DNA from: Bacteroidaceae bacterium
GTDB taxonomy: Bacteria > Bacteroidota > Bacteroidia > Bacteroidales > Bacteroidaceae
Assembly: GCA_017453465.1 (NCBI GenBank)
Contig: JAFTEV010000053.1
Coordinates: 11,237 to 75,236 of the forward strand
Length of the DNA: 64,000 nt
Reading direction: 5' to 3'
Shown: piece by piece, positions 1 to 8,764 of the stretch
Layout of the letters: each line of letters opens with the position of its first letter
Numbering within the stretch: the stretch's first letter is position 1
Program-made: the position numbers and the translations under genes
Notes under the pieces: model-generated
The model's input: the letters and a program-made list of their open reading frames with translations, nothing else
What the model was told of the DNA's origin: nothing
Databases searched by the model: none

Positions 1-2435
1 ACGATGCCTGGTTGCTTGGTGGCCTGAATGCCGATGACCAGCTGGCCGTTGAAGACGTGCATGTGGGGGGCAGTGAAGACTTCCAGACTGGTGGCGTCGC
101 CGTTGCAGATACCCTTGAACGAGCCGCTGCCAGTGACCTCCACCTGAATTTCATCGTTGGCAGTGGGGCAGAGGTTGCCGTCCTTGTCGGTGATGCTGAC
201 GGTGAGGAAAGCCATGTCGTTGCCGTCGGCACGGAGCGTGGGCAGCTGGCCGTCGGCATAGAGCAGCTGGTCACCCGTAATGCGCAGCTGGGCGGCAGGT
301 CCGGCGGTCTTCAGCGTCTTGCTGCCAGCCTGTCGGCCCTGTGCATCATAGACCACCACCTTCAGTTCGCCCGGCTGATACTTCACGTTGTTCCAGCGCA
401 GACGGTAGCGGTCGAGGCGCGACTTGGGGTTCTTCGAGATGCGTCCCTGGCTCTTGCCGTTGAGGAACAGTTCCGCCGTGGGGTAGTTGGTGTAGCAATA
501 GACAGGGGTGGTCTCTCCCTCGCGTCCCTGCCAGTTCCAGTGGGGCAGCAGATGGATGGTCGGTTCCGTCTGGTTCCAGTGTGAGCGATACAGGTAGTAG
601 CGGTCCTTGGGCAGTCCGGCGAGGTCGAAAATGCCGAAGTAGCTGGAGCGGCTGGGCCAGTATTCGTCATACGGCGTAGGCTCGCCCAGATAGTCGAAGC
701 CCGTCCAGACAAATTCGCCGATGACCCAGGGCTTGTCGTCCTGCAGCTGCCAGTCGTCTTCGGGCAGGTTGCTCCACGAGCAGGCCGTCAGGTCGTAGCT
801 GCTGCACTGGCCGTCGTCGTACTTCTTGCCCTTGTCTTCCGTCAGCGGAAATTTATAGACTCCACGGCTGGAGACGGTGGAGGCAGTCTCGCTGCCCAGC
901 ACATAGCCTTGTCCCAGCTTTTCGTAGGCCATTTCGTACTTGTGTGTGCGGTAGTTCATGCCCGGCACGTCGGCCACCTGTGCAAAGCCCGTGCCCAGCG
1001 CGTTGTCGATGCGGTCCATGCCGTTGGTGATGGGGCGGGTCTTGTCGAAGCGGTGCACCACGTCCTGCAGGTGGCGCAGCAGCTTGGGACCTTCCTTCAT
1101 GCCTTGTTCGGGAATTTCGTTGCCCACGCTCCACATCACGATGCTGGGGTGGAGGCGGTTGGCACGCACGAGGTTCTCAATGTCGCGGTCGCTCCATTCC
1201 TTGAAGAAGCGGGCATAGCCGTTCTTGCACTTCGGGTAAATCCACATGTCGAAACTCTCGGCCATCACCATCATGCCGAGCGAGTCGCACAGGTCCATCT
1301 GCATCTGTGAGGGCATGTTGTGGGCGGTGCGGATGGCATCGCAGCCCATGGTCTTGAGCAGCTGGATTTGGCGCACAAGGGCAGCCTTGTTGACAGCGGC
1401 ACCCAGCATTCCGAGGTCGTGGTGCAGACAGACACCCTTGAACTTGCGGGGCTGGCCGTTCAGCACAAAACCCTCCTCCGCATTGCATTCCACGGTGCGG
1501 AAGCCTATCTTCTTGGTCTGCTGCTCTATGACTTTGCTGATGGTGCCGTCGTAATTCAGCTCGCAGAGGCTTACCTGCAGGTCGTAGAGCTGGGGCACTT
1601 CGGGGCTCCAGGGCTTGATGCCGTAGAACGTGACGGTAGATGTGGCCCTGCCTTCACGGTCGAGACGGGCGATGCGCGAAAATTCGTTCTCGCCCACCAT
1701 GACCTTGAACTCCACGCCGAGGAACTGTCCGCCGAAGCCCAGAACCTCTGCGCCGAAGGTCTCCACGGCGATGTGGTCGTTGCTGATGGAGAGCGTGTTG
1801 GCCGTGATGGTCCACTCCTTGATGGCAGCCGGGCCAGTCTCTATCAGCGTGACGGGGCGGAAGAGTCCTGCGCCGGGATACCAGCGGCTGCTCTCGGCCA
1901 CGTTTTGCAGATAGACGGCCAGCGTGTTCTGTCTGCCGTCTTTATATATATAAGGTGTAATGTCAACGTTGAAGGCATTGTAGCCGTACTTCCATTCGCC
2001 GGCCTTCTTTCCGTTCACATAGACTTCGGGTTCGGCCATGGCTCCGTCGAAGTTGAGCAAGGCGCGCGGGCAACCATTCTCCACCGTGAAGTGCGTGCGA
2101 TACCAGCCGCTGCCAATCCAGGGCAGACAACCGCTGCGGCCCGTCTTCTCCGTGGCCTCCTTCTCGCCGTTCTGCTCGATGGCCACCACCTGCTTGTCAA
2201 TCTCCTTGTCGAAGGGGCCGCTGATGGCCCAGTCGTGGGGCACACTGACGGTCTGCCACTCTGAGTCGTTGTACTGCTCGGCGGCGGGAGCCGCCTTGTC
2301 CAGCTTTTCTGCACGCGAGAATTTCCAGCCCTCGCTCAGCACGGTCTCCTTGCGCTGGGCGGTCAGGTTGAGGCTGCACGAGAGGAAAGCCAGGACTGCG
2401 GCAAGGCACTTGAGGGTTTCTTTGTTTTTCATCAT
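1..2435 (-). CDS. Glycoside hydrolase family 2 (beta-galactosidase-like), first 811 codons; C-terminus lies beyond window start
   Basis: Absent from the ORF track because there is no in-window stop. The minus-strand frame from ATGATG at 2435 is open to base 1. It starts with signal peptide MMKNKETLKCLAAVLAFLSCSLNLTAQ. It contains IVMWSVGNEIPE (GH2 acid/base region, ~1142-1104) and IGEFVWTGFDYLGEP (GH2 nucleophile region, ~725-678). Frame was checked against 2435 at both motifs. Confidence 0.85.
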   Translation of the reverse strand, partial: MMKNKETLKCLAAVLAFLSCSLNLTAQRKETVLSEGWKFSRAEKLDKAAPAAEQYNDSEWQTVSVPHDWAISGPFDKEIDKQVVAIEQNGEKEATEKTGRSGCLPWIGSGWYRTHFTVENGCPRALLNFDGAMAEPEVYVNGKKAGEWKYGYNAFNVDITPYIYKDGRQNTLAVYLQNVAESSRWYPGAGLFRPVTLIETGPAAIKEWTITANTLSISNDHIAVETFGAEVLGFGGQFLGVEFKVMVGENEFSRIARLDREGRATSTVTFYGIKPWSPEVPQLYDLQVSLCELNYDGTISKVIEQQTKKIGFRTVECNAEEGFVLNGQPRKFKGVCLHHDLGMLGAAVNKAALVRQIQLLKTMGCDAIRTAHNMPSQMQMDLCDSLGMMVMAESFDMWIYPKCKNGYARFFKEWSDRDIENLVRANRLHPSIVMWSVGNEIPEQGMKEGPKLLRHLQDVVHRFDKTRPITNGMDRIDNALGTGFAQVADVPGMNYRTHKYEMAYEKLGQGYVLGSETASTVSSRGVYKFPLTEDKGKKYDDGQCSSYDLTACSWSNLPEDDWQLQDDKPWVIGEFVWTGFDYLGEPTPYDEYWPSRSSYFGIFDLAGLPKDRYYLYRSHWNQTEPTIHLLPHWNWQGREGETTPVYCYTNYPTAELFLNGKSQGRISKNPKSRLDRYRLRWNNVKYQPGELKVVVYDAQGRQAGSKTLKTAGPAAQLRITGDQLLYADGQLPTLRADGNDMAFLTVSITDKDGNLCPTANDEIQVEVTGSGSFKGICNGDATSLEVFTAPHMHVFNGQLVIGIQATKQPGI

Positions 2436-2502
2436 AAGGATGTAGGTTATGGTTCTGAATGAATCGTTAAGATTTGTTGGGACCGAGGTCCTATTTTAGA
2501 TG

Positions 2503-2510
2503 CAAATGTA
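2503..2510 (-). promoter_or_regulatory. Bacteroidota -7 box (TACATTTG) for the GH2 gene
   Basis: Minus strand reads TACATTTG (TAnnTTTG consensus), 68 nt upstream of the ATG at 2435. Confidence 0.4.
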
Positions 2511-2668
2511 CGTGCTTTTCTTGAAAAAGCAAAGACAACGGCGTGTTTTCTGCAAAGTGAGCGGTCAAAAATCTTCTCAGTCCTGCTTTTTTGCCGTGTT
2601 TTTCATGCATATAGATAAAGTACGGCACAGGAATCGTTTCGCCGCCACATCCTTCTGTTCGCAACGGC

Positions 2669-2764
2669 ATAGGCAATGCGTCTGGTTCGTGTAGGCAATT
2701 CTTCGGGTTTGATTGCCTACGTGAGCGCGACCGATTGCCTACGTCGTAGCGACCAGTTGCCTAC
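2669..2764. repeat. Phased GTAGGCAAT/ATTGCCTAC array, copy 1
   Basis: tAGGCAAT at 2670 and GTAGGCAAT at 2691 are followed by ATTGCCTAC at 2712 and 2734 and GTTGCCTAC at 2756. Same-orientation sites are 22 bp apart. The central inverted pair is separated by 12 nt. Homologous to 34452-34525, including the flanks TAGGCAATGCGTC and ATTGCCTACGTGAGCG. Confidence 0.8.
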
Positions 2765-2879
2765 CTGTTGCGCTGCAGGCTTTAAGGTTTTTTGCACAAT
2801 CTGGCTGCAAAATAGCTTTTTTACGCCTGTTTTGTGAAAGATTTATCGGCAAAGCGATGAGTTTCTCACGAAAAATGCT

Positions 2880-2887
2880 TACCTTTG
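2880..2887 (+). promoter_or_regulatory. Bacteroidota -7 box (TACCTTTG) for corA
   Basis: TAccTTTG followed by CAGCG, the same context as the boxes at 4564 and 59646. It lies 156 nt upstream of the corA ATG. Confidence 0.5.
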
Positions 2888-3042
2888 CAGCGAATTTAAC
2901 AAAAAACTTATCAAAACTATGGACGATTATCCGGCGAATAGTATCAGTATCGGTGGGTAAAGGTCTGGCAGGGTCTGGACTTTTACCGGCAATTTCTTGT
3001 ATTATTTTCCATTAAAGAAATTCAAAGAAAGGTTCAGACAAG

Positions 3043-3969
3043 ATGCGAACATTTTGGGATTTTAAGGGCGGTATCAAGCATATCGACTCGTGGCAGCCAA
3101 ACTGTTGGGTGCAAGTGACTTGTCCCGTGGAGGACGATGTGAAGTTTCTTCAGGAAGAGCTGGGAATGCCCGACTACTTCCTCTATGACGTAGCCGATAC
3201 GGACGAGCGTGCCCGTTACGACCTGGACGAGGGCTGGCTGATGATTATCATGCGTGTGCCCCACCTGAAGACGGTGTCCTCGCGCAGCCCCTACACGACC
3301 ATCCCCCTGGGAATCGTGCTGAAGGACGACAAAATCATCACGGTGTGCAATCAGGAGACGCGCATGATGCTCGACTTCATCAACCACCAGATGCGCCGGG
3401 CCGAGGGCTTCACCGATGCGGCAGACCTCGTCTTCAGGGTCTTCCTCAGTGCCAGTGTGTGGTACTTGAAGTACCTGAAGCAGGTGAACACCATCATCGA
3501 CAAGGCCAAGCGCAACCTGGACCGCCAGATTGACAACAAGGACCTGGTCAACCTCTCGCGGCTGCAGGATTCGCTCACCTACTTCGCCACCTCCATCCGT
3601 GGCAACGAAACCCTGCTCTCGAAGCTGAAGTTCCGTCTGCCCGTCGATGAACTGGACGCAGAACTCATTGAGGACGTGAACATCGAGATGCAGCAGGCAC
3701 GCGAGACCACCGCCATCTACCTCTCCATCCTCAACAGCACGATGGACACCTACGCCAACATCATCAACAACAACATGAACAAGGTGATGCGTCTGCTCAC
3801 CTCGCTCAACATGATTATCATGTTCCCCACGCTCATCACCTCCATGTTCGGCATGAACCTCATCAACGGCATGGAGAACTGGCACTGGGGTTTCCCCGTA
3901 GCCATCATCGCCTGCATCATCAGCACGGTGTGCTCCCTGCTCTGGTTTAAGCGGAAAGATTGGTTGTAA
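3043..3969 (+). CDS. corA: CorA-family Mg2+/Co2+ transporter
   Basis: 308 aa. Two C-terminal TM helices with the signature TSMFGMNL (GMN motif). The long acidic N-terminal cytoplasmic domain is typical of CorA. Confidence 0.9.
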   Translation: MRTFWDFKGGIKHIDSWQPNCWVQVTCPVEDDVKFLQEELGMPDYFLYDVADTDERARYDLDEGWLMIIMRVPHLKTVSSRSPYTTIPLGIVLKDDKIITVCNQETRMMLDFINHQMRRAEGFTDAADLVFRVFLSASVWYLKYLKQVNTIIDKAKRNLDRQIDNKDLVNLSRLQDSLTYFATSIRGNETLLSKLKFRLPVDELDAELIEDVNIEMQQARETTAIYLSILNSTMDTYANIINNNMNKVMRLLTSLNMIIMFPTLITSMFGMNLINGMENWHWGFPVAIIACIISTVCSLLWFKRKDWL

Positions 3970-4024
3970 TGCTGTCGTCTTTCAAATTCCTCTAACTACA
4001 CAGCTTGCAAATAATTTGATTATT

Positions 4025-4465
4025 ATGGTGAAACACATCTTTTTATTATTCGCATTGCTGGTTTTGTCTCTATGCGCTTGCAACGGGAACAAAACGGAGC
4101 AGAAACTGTCCTCACCCTTGGAGGAGGAACTGCCAGGCACACAGAAGGAACAGGACAAGCCTGAAAGCACTGGGCGCATGGTGACGGCAGAACAAGCCTA
4201 CGAAGGCGTAAACAACTATTGCCACCGTGAATATGACTGGTCGGCGGCAGAAGAGAATCCCTCCCTGATGTCTGTGACGATGGGCGAGGCGACGGACTCG
4301 GAGTATCAGGTGATATTCCGCAGTTATACAGGTGCATTGGTCTATTTCCAGGTCGAAAAAGCGAGTGGCACCACCCGTGTCGTGGAGTATGAGCCAACCC
4401 TGGACCTCAGGAACGAAGTCGGCACCATTGATTTGTTTGATTATTTGCCTGAAACAGTTGAGTAG
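4025..4465 (+). CDS. Small lipoprotein, unknown function
   Basis: The ORF track starts at TTG 4016. The first ATG at 4025 gives MVKHIFLLFALLVLSLCAC-NGN, a signal peptide with a lipobox Cys. Confidence 0.6.
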   Translation: MVKHIFLLFALLVLSLCACNGNKTEQKLSSPLEEELPGTQKEQDKPESTGRMVTAEQAYEGVNNYCHREYDWSAAEENPSLMSVTMGEATDSEYQVIFRSYTGALVYFQVEKASGTTRVVEYEPTLDLRNEVGTIDLFDYLPETVE

Positions 4466-4563
4466 TTTAGCCAAAAGCGATATGCAGAGGGGAAAAAGGA
4501 AACAAATCATTGGGCTTTTATAAAAAAAAAGCAAATGATAATTCGTAAATGGCAAATAATTTG

Positions 4564-4571
4564 TACCTTTG
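4564..4571 (+). promoter_or_regulatory. Bacteroidota -7 box (TACCTTTG) for serC
   Basis: TAccTTTGCAGCG, 100 nt upstream of the serC ATG. Confidence 0.5.
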
Positions 4572-4670
4572 CAGCGTTTTTTTAAGGTAAGAACGCCAAT
4601 TTGGTAAATTCTTTCCCAGCGAAAGCGGGTTGATAAGTAAATTGTCAAATTGTAAAATTATACAATCCAA

Positions 4671-5738
4671 ATGAAAAAGTACAATTTCAATGCAGGACCC
4701 TCGATTCTTCCTCGCGAAGTGATTGAAGCCACTGCACAAGCATGTCTCGATTTCAACGGTTCGGGACTTTCGCTCATGGAAATTAGCCACCGCGCAAAGG
4801 ATTTCCAGCCAGTAGTTGACGAAGCTGTAGCTCTGTTCAAGGAGTTGCTCGACATTCCAGACGGTTATTCCGTGCTCTTCCTCGGAGGCGGTGCCAGTCT
4901 GGAATTTTGCATGGTGCCCTACAACTTCCTTGAGAAGAAGGCTGCCTATCTGAACACGGGCGTGTGGGCAACCAAGGCCGAAAAGGAAGCCAAGCTCTTT
5001 GGCGAAGTCGTGGAAGTGGCTTCTTCTAAGGACAAAAACTTCACTTACGTGCCCAAGAACTTCGACATCCCCACCGATGCCGACTACCTCCACATCACAA
5101 CGAACAACACCATCTACGGAACGGAACTGCGCGAGGACATCGACTCACCCATTCCACTGATTGCCGATATGTCGAGCGACATCTTCAGCCGTCCCGTTGA
5201 TGTCAGCAAATATGCCCTCATTTATGGCGGCGCACAGAAGAACCTCTCGATGGCAGGCGTGACCTTCGTCATCGTGAAGGACGATGCACTGGGCAAGGTT
5301 TCTCGCCCCATCCCCACCATGCTGGACTACCGCACACACGTGAAGAAAGGCTCCATGTTCAACACCCCTCCAGTTGTGCCCATCTATTGCGCACTGCAGA
5401 ACCTCCGCTACATCAAGGCTCACGGCGGCGTAGCTGCTATGGAGCAGGTAGCCAAGCAACGTGCCGAAATTCTTTATGCTGAGATTGACCGCAACAAGCT
5501 CTTTGTGGGTACTGCCGAAGAAGACAGCCGCTCGCTAATGAACATTACCTTCGTGCTGAAGCCAGAGTATCAGGAACTGCAAGACGAATTCCTTGCCTTT
5601 GCCACCAGCCAGGGCATGGTGGGCGTGAAGGGACACCGCGACGTAGGCGGCTTCCGTGCTTCTTGCTACAACGCCATGACAGTGGAAGGCGTACAGGCAC
5701 TCGTTGCTTGCATGAAAGAATTTGAAAGTAAACATTGA
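4671..5738 (+). CDS. serC: Phosphoserine aminotransferase
   Basis: 355 aa. [18 protein letters not shown]-terminus and overall class-V aminotransferase SerC pattern. Adjacent to a 3-PGDH-type dehydrogenase. Confidence 0.93.
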   Translation: MKKYNFNAGPSILPREVIEATAQACLDFNGSGLSLMEISHRAKDFQPVVDEAVALFKELLDIPDGYSVLFLGGGASLEFCMVPYNFLEKKAAYLNTGVWATKAEKEAKLFGEVVEVASSKDKNFTYVPKNFDIPTDADYLHITTNNTIYGTELREDIDSPIPLIADMSSDIFSRPVDVSKYALIYGGAQKNLSMAGVTFVIVKDDALGKVSRPIPTMLDYRTHVKKGSMFNTPPVVPIYCALQNLRYIKAHGGVAAMEQVAKQRAEILYAEIDRNKLFVGTAEEDSRSLMNITFVLKPEYQELQDEFLAFATSQGMVGVKGHRDVGGFRASCYNAMTVEGVQALVACMKEFESKH

Positions 5739-5743
5739 TTCTA

Positions 5744-5899
5744 AGTAGTTAAGGAGTTAAAGTAGTTAAGGAGTTAAGCCGATACAAAATGTTATAGTTA
5801 AGGAGTTAAGCCGATACTGATAGACTTAACATTCTCCTCAAAATCCTGATAGCCCCGAAACGGCTTAACTCCTCTAACTCCTCTAACTCCTTAACTCCC
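5744..5899. repeat. Word-built imperfect palindrome between serC and serA
   Basis: The left side carries AGTTAAGGAGTTAA-type words, with GTTAAGGAGTTAAGCCGATAC repeated at 5765 and 5797. The right side is CGGCTTAACTCC-TCTAACTCC-TCTAACTCC-TTAACTCC. GGAGTTAAGCCG (5802-5813) pairs perfectly with CGGCTTAACTCC (5861-5872), leaving a 47-nt loop. Confidence 0.75.
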
Positions 5900-5916
5900 T
5901 CAAAATAAACATTCTT

Positions 5917-6834
5917 ATGAAAGTACTAATTGCAACAGAGAAGCCCTTTGCAGCACCAGCCGTGCAGGGCATCAAGAATATCATTGAAGGTGCTGGCTAC
6001 GAACTGGCACTGCTTGAGAAATACACAGAGAAGGCACAGCTGCTGGCAGCCGTAGCCGACGCAGACGCAATCATCATCCGCAGTGACAAGGTGGACGCAG
6101 AGGTGCTCGACGCAGCGAAGCAACTGAAGATTGTGGTGCGTGCCGGTGCTGGTTACGACAATGTGGACCTTGAAGCCGCTACTGCCCACAAGGTGGTTGT
6201 GATGAACACCCCCGGACAGAACGCCAACGCCGTGGCAGAACTTGTGCTCGGTCTGCTGGTCTTCACCGTCCGCAACTTCTACAACGGCAAGTCTGGTTCT
6301 GAACTCATGGGCAAGAAACTCGGCATCCTCGCCTTCGGAAATGTAGGCCGCAACGTGGCTCGCATTGCCAAGGGCTTTGGCATGGAAGTTTGTGCCTACG
6401 ATGCTTACTGCCCCGCAGAAGCCATCGAAACCGCTGGCGTGAAGGCAGTCAAGAGCCAGGAAGAACTCTTCCAGACTTGCGACATCGTTTCGCTCCACAT
6501 CCCCGCCACCGCCGAGACGAAGCAGAGCATCAACAAGGCACTGGTGAGCCAGATGAAGAAGGGCGGCATCCTCATCAACACCGCCCGCAAGGAAGTCATC
6601 AACGAGCCAGAACTGCTGCAGCTCCTTGCCGAGCGCACCGACCTGAAGTACATCACCGACATCAAGCCCGATGCTGACGCAGACTTCCAGCAGTTTGAAG
6701 GTCGCTACTTCTCCACGCCCAAGAAGATGGGTGCGCAGACCGCCGAAGCCAACACCAACGCTGGCCTCGCTGCCGCCAACCAAATCGTGGGCTACCTGAA
6801 GGACGGCATCACCAAGTTCCAGGTGAACAAGTAA
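5917..6834 (+). CDS. serA: D-3-phosphoglycerate dehydrogenase (short 2-hydroxyacid dehydrogenase type)
   Basis: 305 aa. NAD-binding GxGxxG region (LGILAFGNVGRNVA) and D-isomer 2-hydroxyacid dehydrogenase layout. Located immediately downstream of serC. Confidence 0.8.
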   Translation: MKVLIATEKPFAAPAVQGIKNIIEGAGYELALLEKYTEKAQLLAAVADADAIIIRSDKVDAEVLDAAKQLKIVVRAGAGYDNVDLEAATAHKVVVMNTPGQNANAVAELVLGLLVFTVRNFYNGKSGSELMGKKLGILAFGNVGRNVARIAKGFGMEVCAYDAYCPAEAIETAGVKAVKSQEELFQTCDIVSLHIPATAETKQSINKALVSQMKKGGILINTARKEVINEPELLQLLAERTDLKYITDIKPDADADFQQFEGRYFSTPKKMGAQTAEANTNAGLAAANQIVGYLKDGITKFQVNK

Positions 6835-6866
6835 GTCCACATATTTTATTTACCACAGATTACACA

Positions 6867-6915
6867 GATTGCACGGATGTATCCTGCCCTGAGGATACAT
6901 CCGTGCAATCTTTTT
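6867..6915 (+). terminator. Rho-independent terminator after serA
   Basis: Perfect 18-bp stem GATTGCACGGATGTATCC / GGATACATCCGTGCAATC with an 8-nt loop, followed by TTTTT (6911-6915). Confidence 0.8.
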
Positions 6916-7049
6916 GATTTCAATGTTGGGGAAGTAGCCCAAACCAGTTATTAAACAATGCTCTGTTTCTGTTGGAACAAACAAGTGGTCTTAAACAATG
7001 TTTGGCATAAAAAAACTGCAATTTATTTGCGTAAGAAAAAAAAACCATC

Positions 7050-7057
7050 TATCTTTG
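7050..7057 (+). promoter_or_regulatory. Bacteroidota -7 box (TATCTTTG)
   Basis: TAtcTTTG lies ~297 nt upstream of the ATG at 7354, which implies a long leader. Confidence 0.4.
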
Positions 7058-7353
7058 CACCGTGTTTCGCATGAAACACAGACATTTTTTGCTCAAATTC
7101 CCGATCGAATCACCACCTCGCAAAAGGAAATCGAGCATAAAACCAAAATATCTTTGAGTTTGTACTTTGATAGTGCAGACTTTTCCATTGATATTTTGGG
7201 GCTTGTGGTGAGCCTGATCGGGATATGGCAAGTCTGCGCTTTCTTTGTGTCTAAAAGTTTGTGCATTCTTCGCCTAAAAATGATGACGGCTCATAAAAGA
7301 ATGCACTATGTTGCAATTTCAATTATTATTAACCCTTTAATTTTTCAAATCTT

Positions 7354-8601
7354 ATGAAAAGAAATTTTCTTTTAATCTTTGTGCTGTGCACATTGTGCTG
7401 CAACGTTAGCTTTGCACAAGTGATTAACGGTGACCTGAACCACAACAACACCCTTGATGTGGGCGACGTGACCCTGGTGATTGACGGCTACCTGACGGGC
7501 GAGACAGAACTCATCCAGACAGGTGGAGCACCTTTTTCGGTTGACAACAGCTATGTGGTGGGCACATGGTACACGTCGGCCAGCGAAAACATCACTTTCA
7601 ATGCCGACGGCACGACTAATTTCGCAAATGGTGGAACCTATGAGTTTCTGCCTACACAGGGCTACATCCTCTTCTACAACGCTTCGGGCGTTCCCACATA
7701 CGCCATGCGGGTATTGAAAGCCACTTCCGACTATCTGGTTGTTCTGCCCACAGGCAGCAATGTCCCCGTGCGTTATACAAACACCCAGCCAATCAGCATC
7801 ACCCTTTCTCAAACATCTGTTGAAATGAAGCCCGATGAATTTGTCCGTTTGACTGCTACGGTTGACCCCACCAGTGCAGGAACCGTGACTTGGAGCAGCA
7901 GCGACGAGAGTGTGGCCACCGTGGTCAGCGGCTTTGTCACCGCCGTTGCTGAAGGTACAGCTGTCATTACTGCAACAGTGGCAGGAAGAACAGCCGCTTG
8001 CACTGTGACCGTGACCAGTGCATCCCCAGTTCCAACCCACGAAGCCGTTGACCTCGGCCTCTCAGTCAAGTGGGCGACTATGAACATTGGTGCAAACGCC
8101 CCTGAAGAATACGGTGACTACTTTGCCTGGGGCGAGACCACAGCAAAGGACACTTATAATTGGAGTACCTACAAGTGGTGCAACGAGAGTCCCAGTGGCG
8201 TAACCATGACCAAGTATTGCACTCGCTCCTCCTATGGCACCGTTGATAACAAGACCATTCTTGACCTTTCCGATGATGCTGCCAATGCCAATTGGGGCGG
8301 AACTTGGCGTATGCCGACTGATGACGAACTGACAGAGCTTAGAACACAGTGCACATGGACTTGGACTACTCAAAATGGAACGAAAGGTTACAAGGTGACC
8401 TCAAAGAGCAACGACAATTCTATTTTCTTGCCCGCTGCAGGGTTTCGCTACGGCACTTCGCTCAGCGATGGCAGCGGCGGCTATTGGTCGAGTTCGGTCG
8501 ATAGTTCCATCGCTTGGAAAGTGAGCTTCAATGCGTACGGGTTGGAACGAAGCAACGGCTACCGTTACCTCGGACTGAGTGTTCGCGCCGTCTGTGAGTA
8601 G
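7354..8601 (+). CDS. Secreted protein with a dockerin-like Ca-binding segment, a Big_2 Ig-like domain and a FISUMP/DUF1566-type C-terminal domain
   Basis: Signal peptide MKRNFLLIFVLCTLCCNVSFAQ. Dockerin-like segment VINGDLNHNNTLDVGDVTLVIDGYL. Big_2-like segment VRLTATVDPTSAGTVTWSSSDESVATV...AVITATV. C-terminal part VDLGLSVKWATMNIGANAPEEYGDYFAWGE...WRMPTDDELTEL...IFLPAAGFRYG...GYWSSS...SVRAV. Confidence 0.75.
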   Translation: MKRNFLLIFVLCTLCCNVSFAQVINGDLNHNNTLDVGDVTLVIDGYLTGETELIQTGGAPFSVDNSYVVGTWYTSASENITFNADGTTNFANGGTYEFLPTQGYILFYNASGVPTYAMRVLKATSDYLVVLPTGSNVPVRYTNTQPISITLSQTSVEMKPDEFVRLTATVDPTSAGTVTWSSSDESVATVVSGFVTAVAEGTAVITATVAGRTAACTVTVTSASPVPTHEAVDLGLSVKWATMNIGANAPEEYGDYFAWGETTAKDTYNWSTYKWCNESPSGVTMTKYCTRSSYGTVDNKTILDLSDDAANANWGGTWRMPTDDELTELRTQCTWTWTTQNGTKGYKVTSKSNDNSIFLPAAGFRYGTSLSDGSGGYWSSSVDSSIAWKVSFNAYGLERSNGYRYLGLSVRAVCE

Positions 8602-8671
8602 CCTTCAGAACCTTTAGCTCGGCGTTAGCCAATTTGCATCCTTCCCCCACGGGCAAGATGGGCAATCTCCC

Positions 8672-8755
8672 AAAATCGTTTCGCCTGTGCAGGGTGTTGT
8701 CGGCGGCCCTCCCCGAAAAGGGGCCGCTGCGCACCCTGCACAAGCGAAACGATTT
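8672..8755. terminator. Long nested hairpin between convergent genes (likely bidirectional terminator)
   Basis: The outer arms AAAATCGTTTCGCCTGTGCAGGGTG / CACCCTGCACAAGCGAAACGATTTT have one mismatch. They enclose an inner GC hairpin GGCGGCCC..GGGCCGC. Confidence 0.65.
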
Positions 8756-8764
8756 TCTTATTCA

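Noticed and set aside
12-2445. All track ORFs in this interval (for example 12..584 +, 909..1310 +, 1320..2264 +, 2038..2445 +, 853..1134 -)
   Set aside because: They are off-frame or antisense shadows of one long minus-strand GH2 gene. That gene is open from 2435 to base 1 and carries clear GH2 catalytic motifs. Their translations are Ala/Gly/Arg/Val-rich low-complexity sequence typical of GC3-rich antisense frames.
2894-3042. M-box (ykoK) Mg2+ riboswitch in the corA leader
   Set aside because: The leader is ~150 nt, and I could not recognise the conserved M-box core or its three-helix layout by eye. A cmscan is needed to be sure. The shared motif with the CNNM leader is reported separately.
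6998-7357. 119-aa ORF upstream of the 7354 gene
   Set aside because: It starts upstream of the only plausible promoter box (7050). Its translation is AT-rich and low-complexity, it overlaps the next gene's start, and the region shows RNA-helix signals instead. It is treated as a 5' leader.
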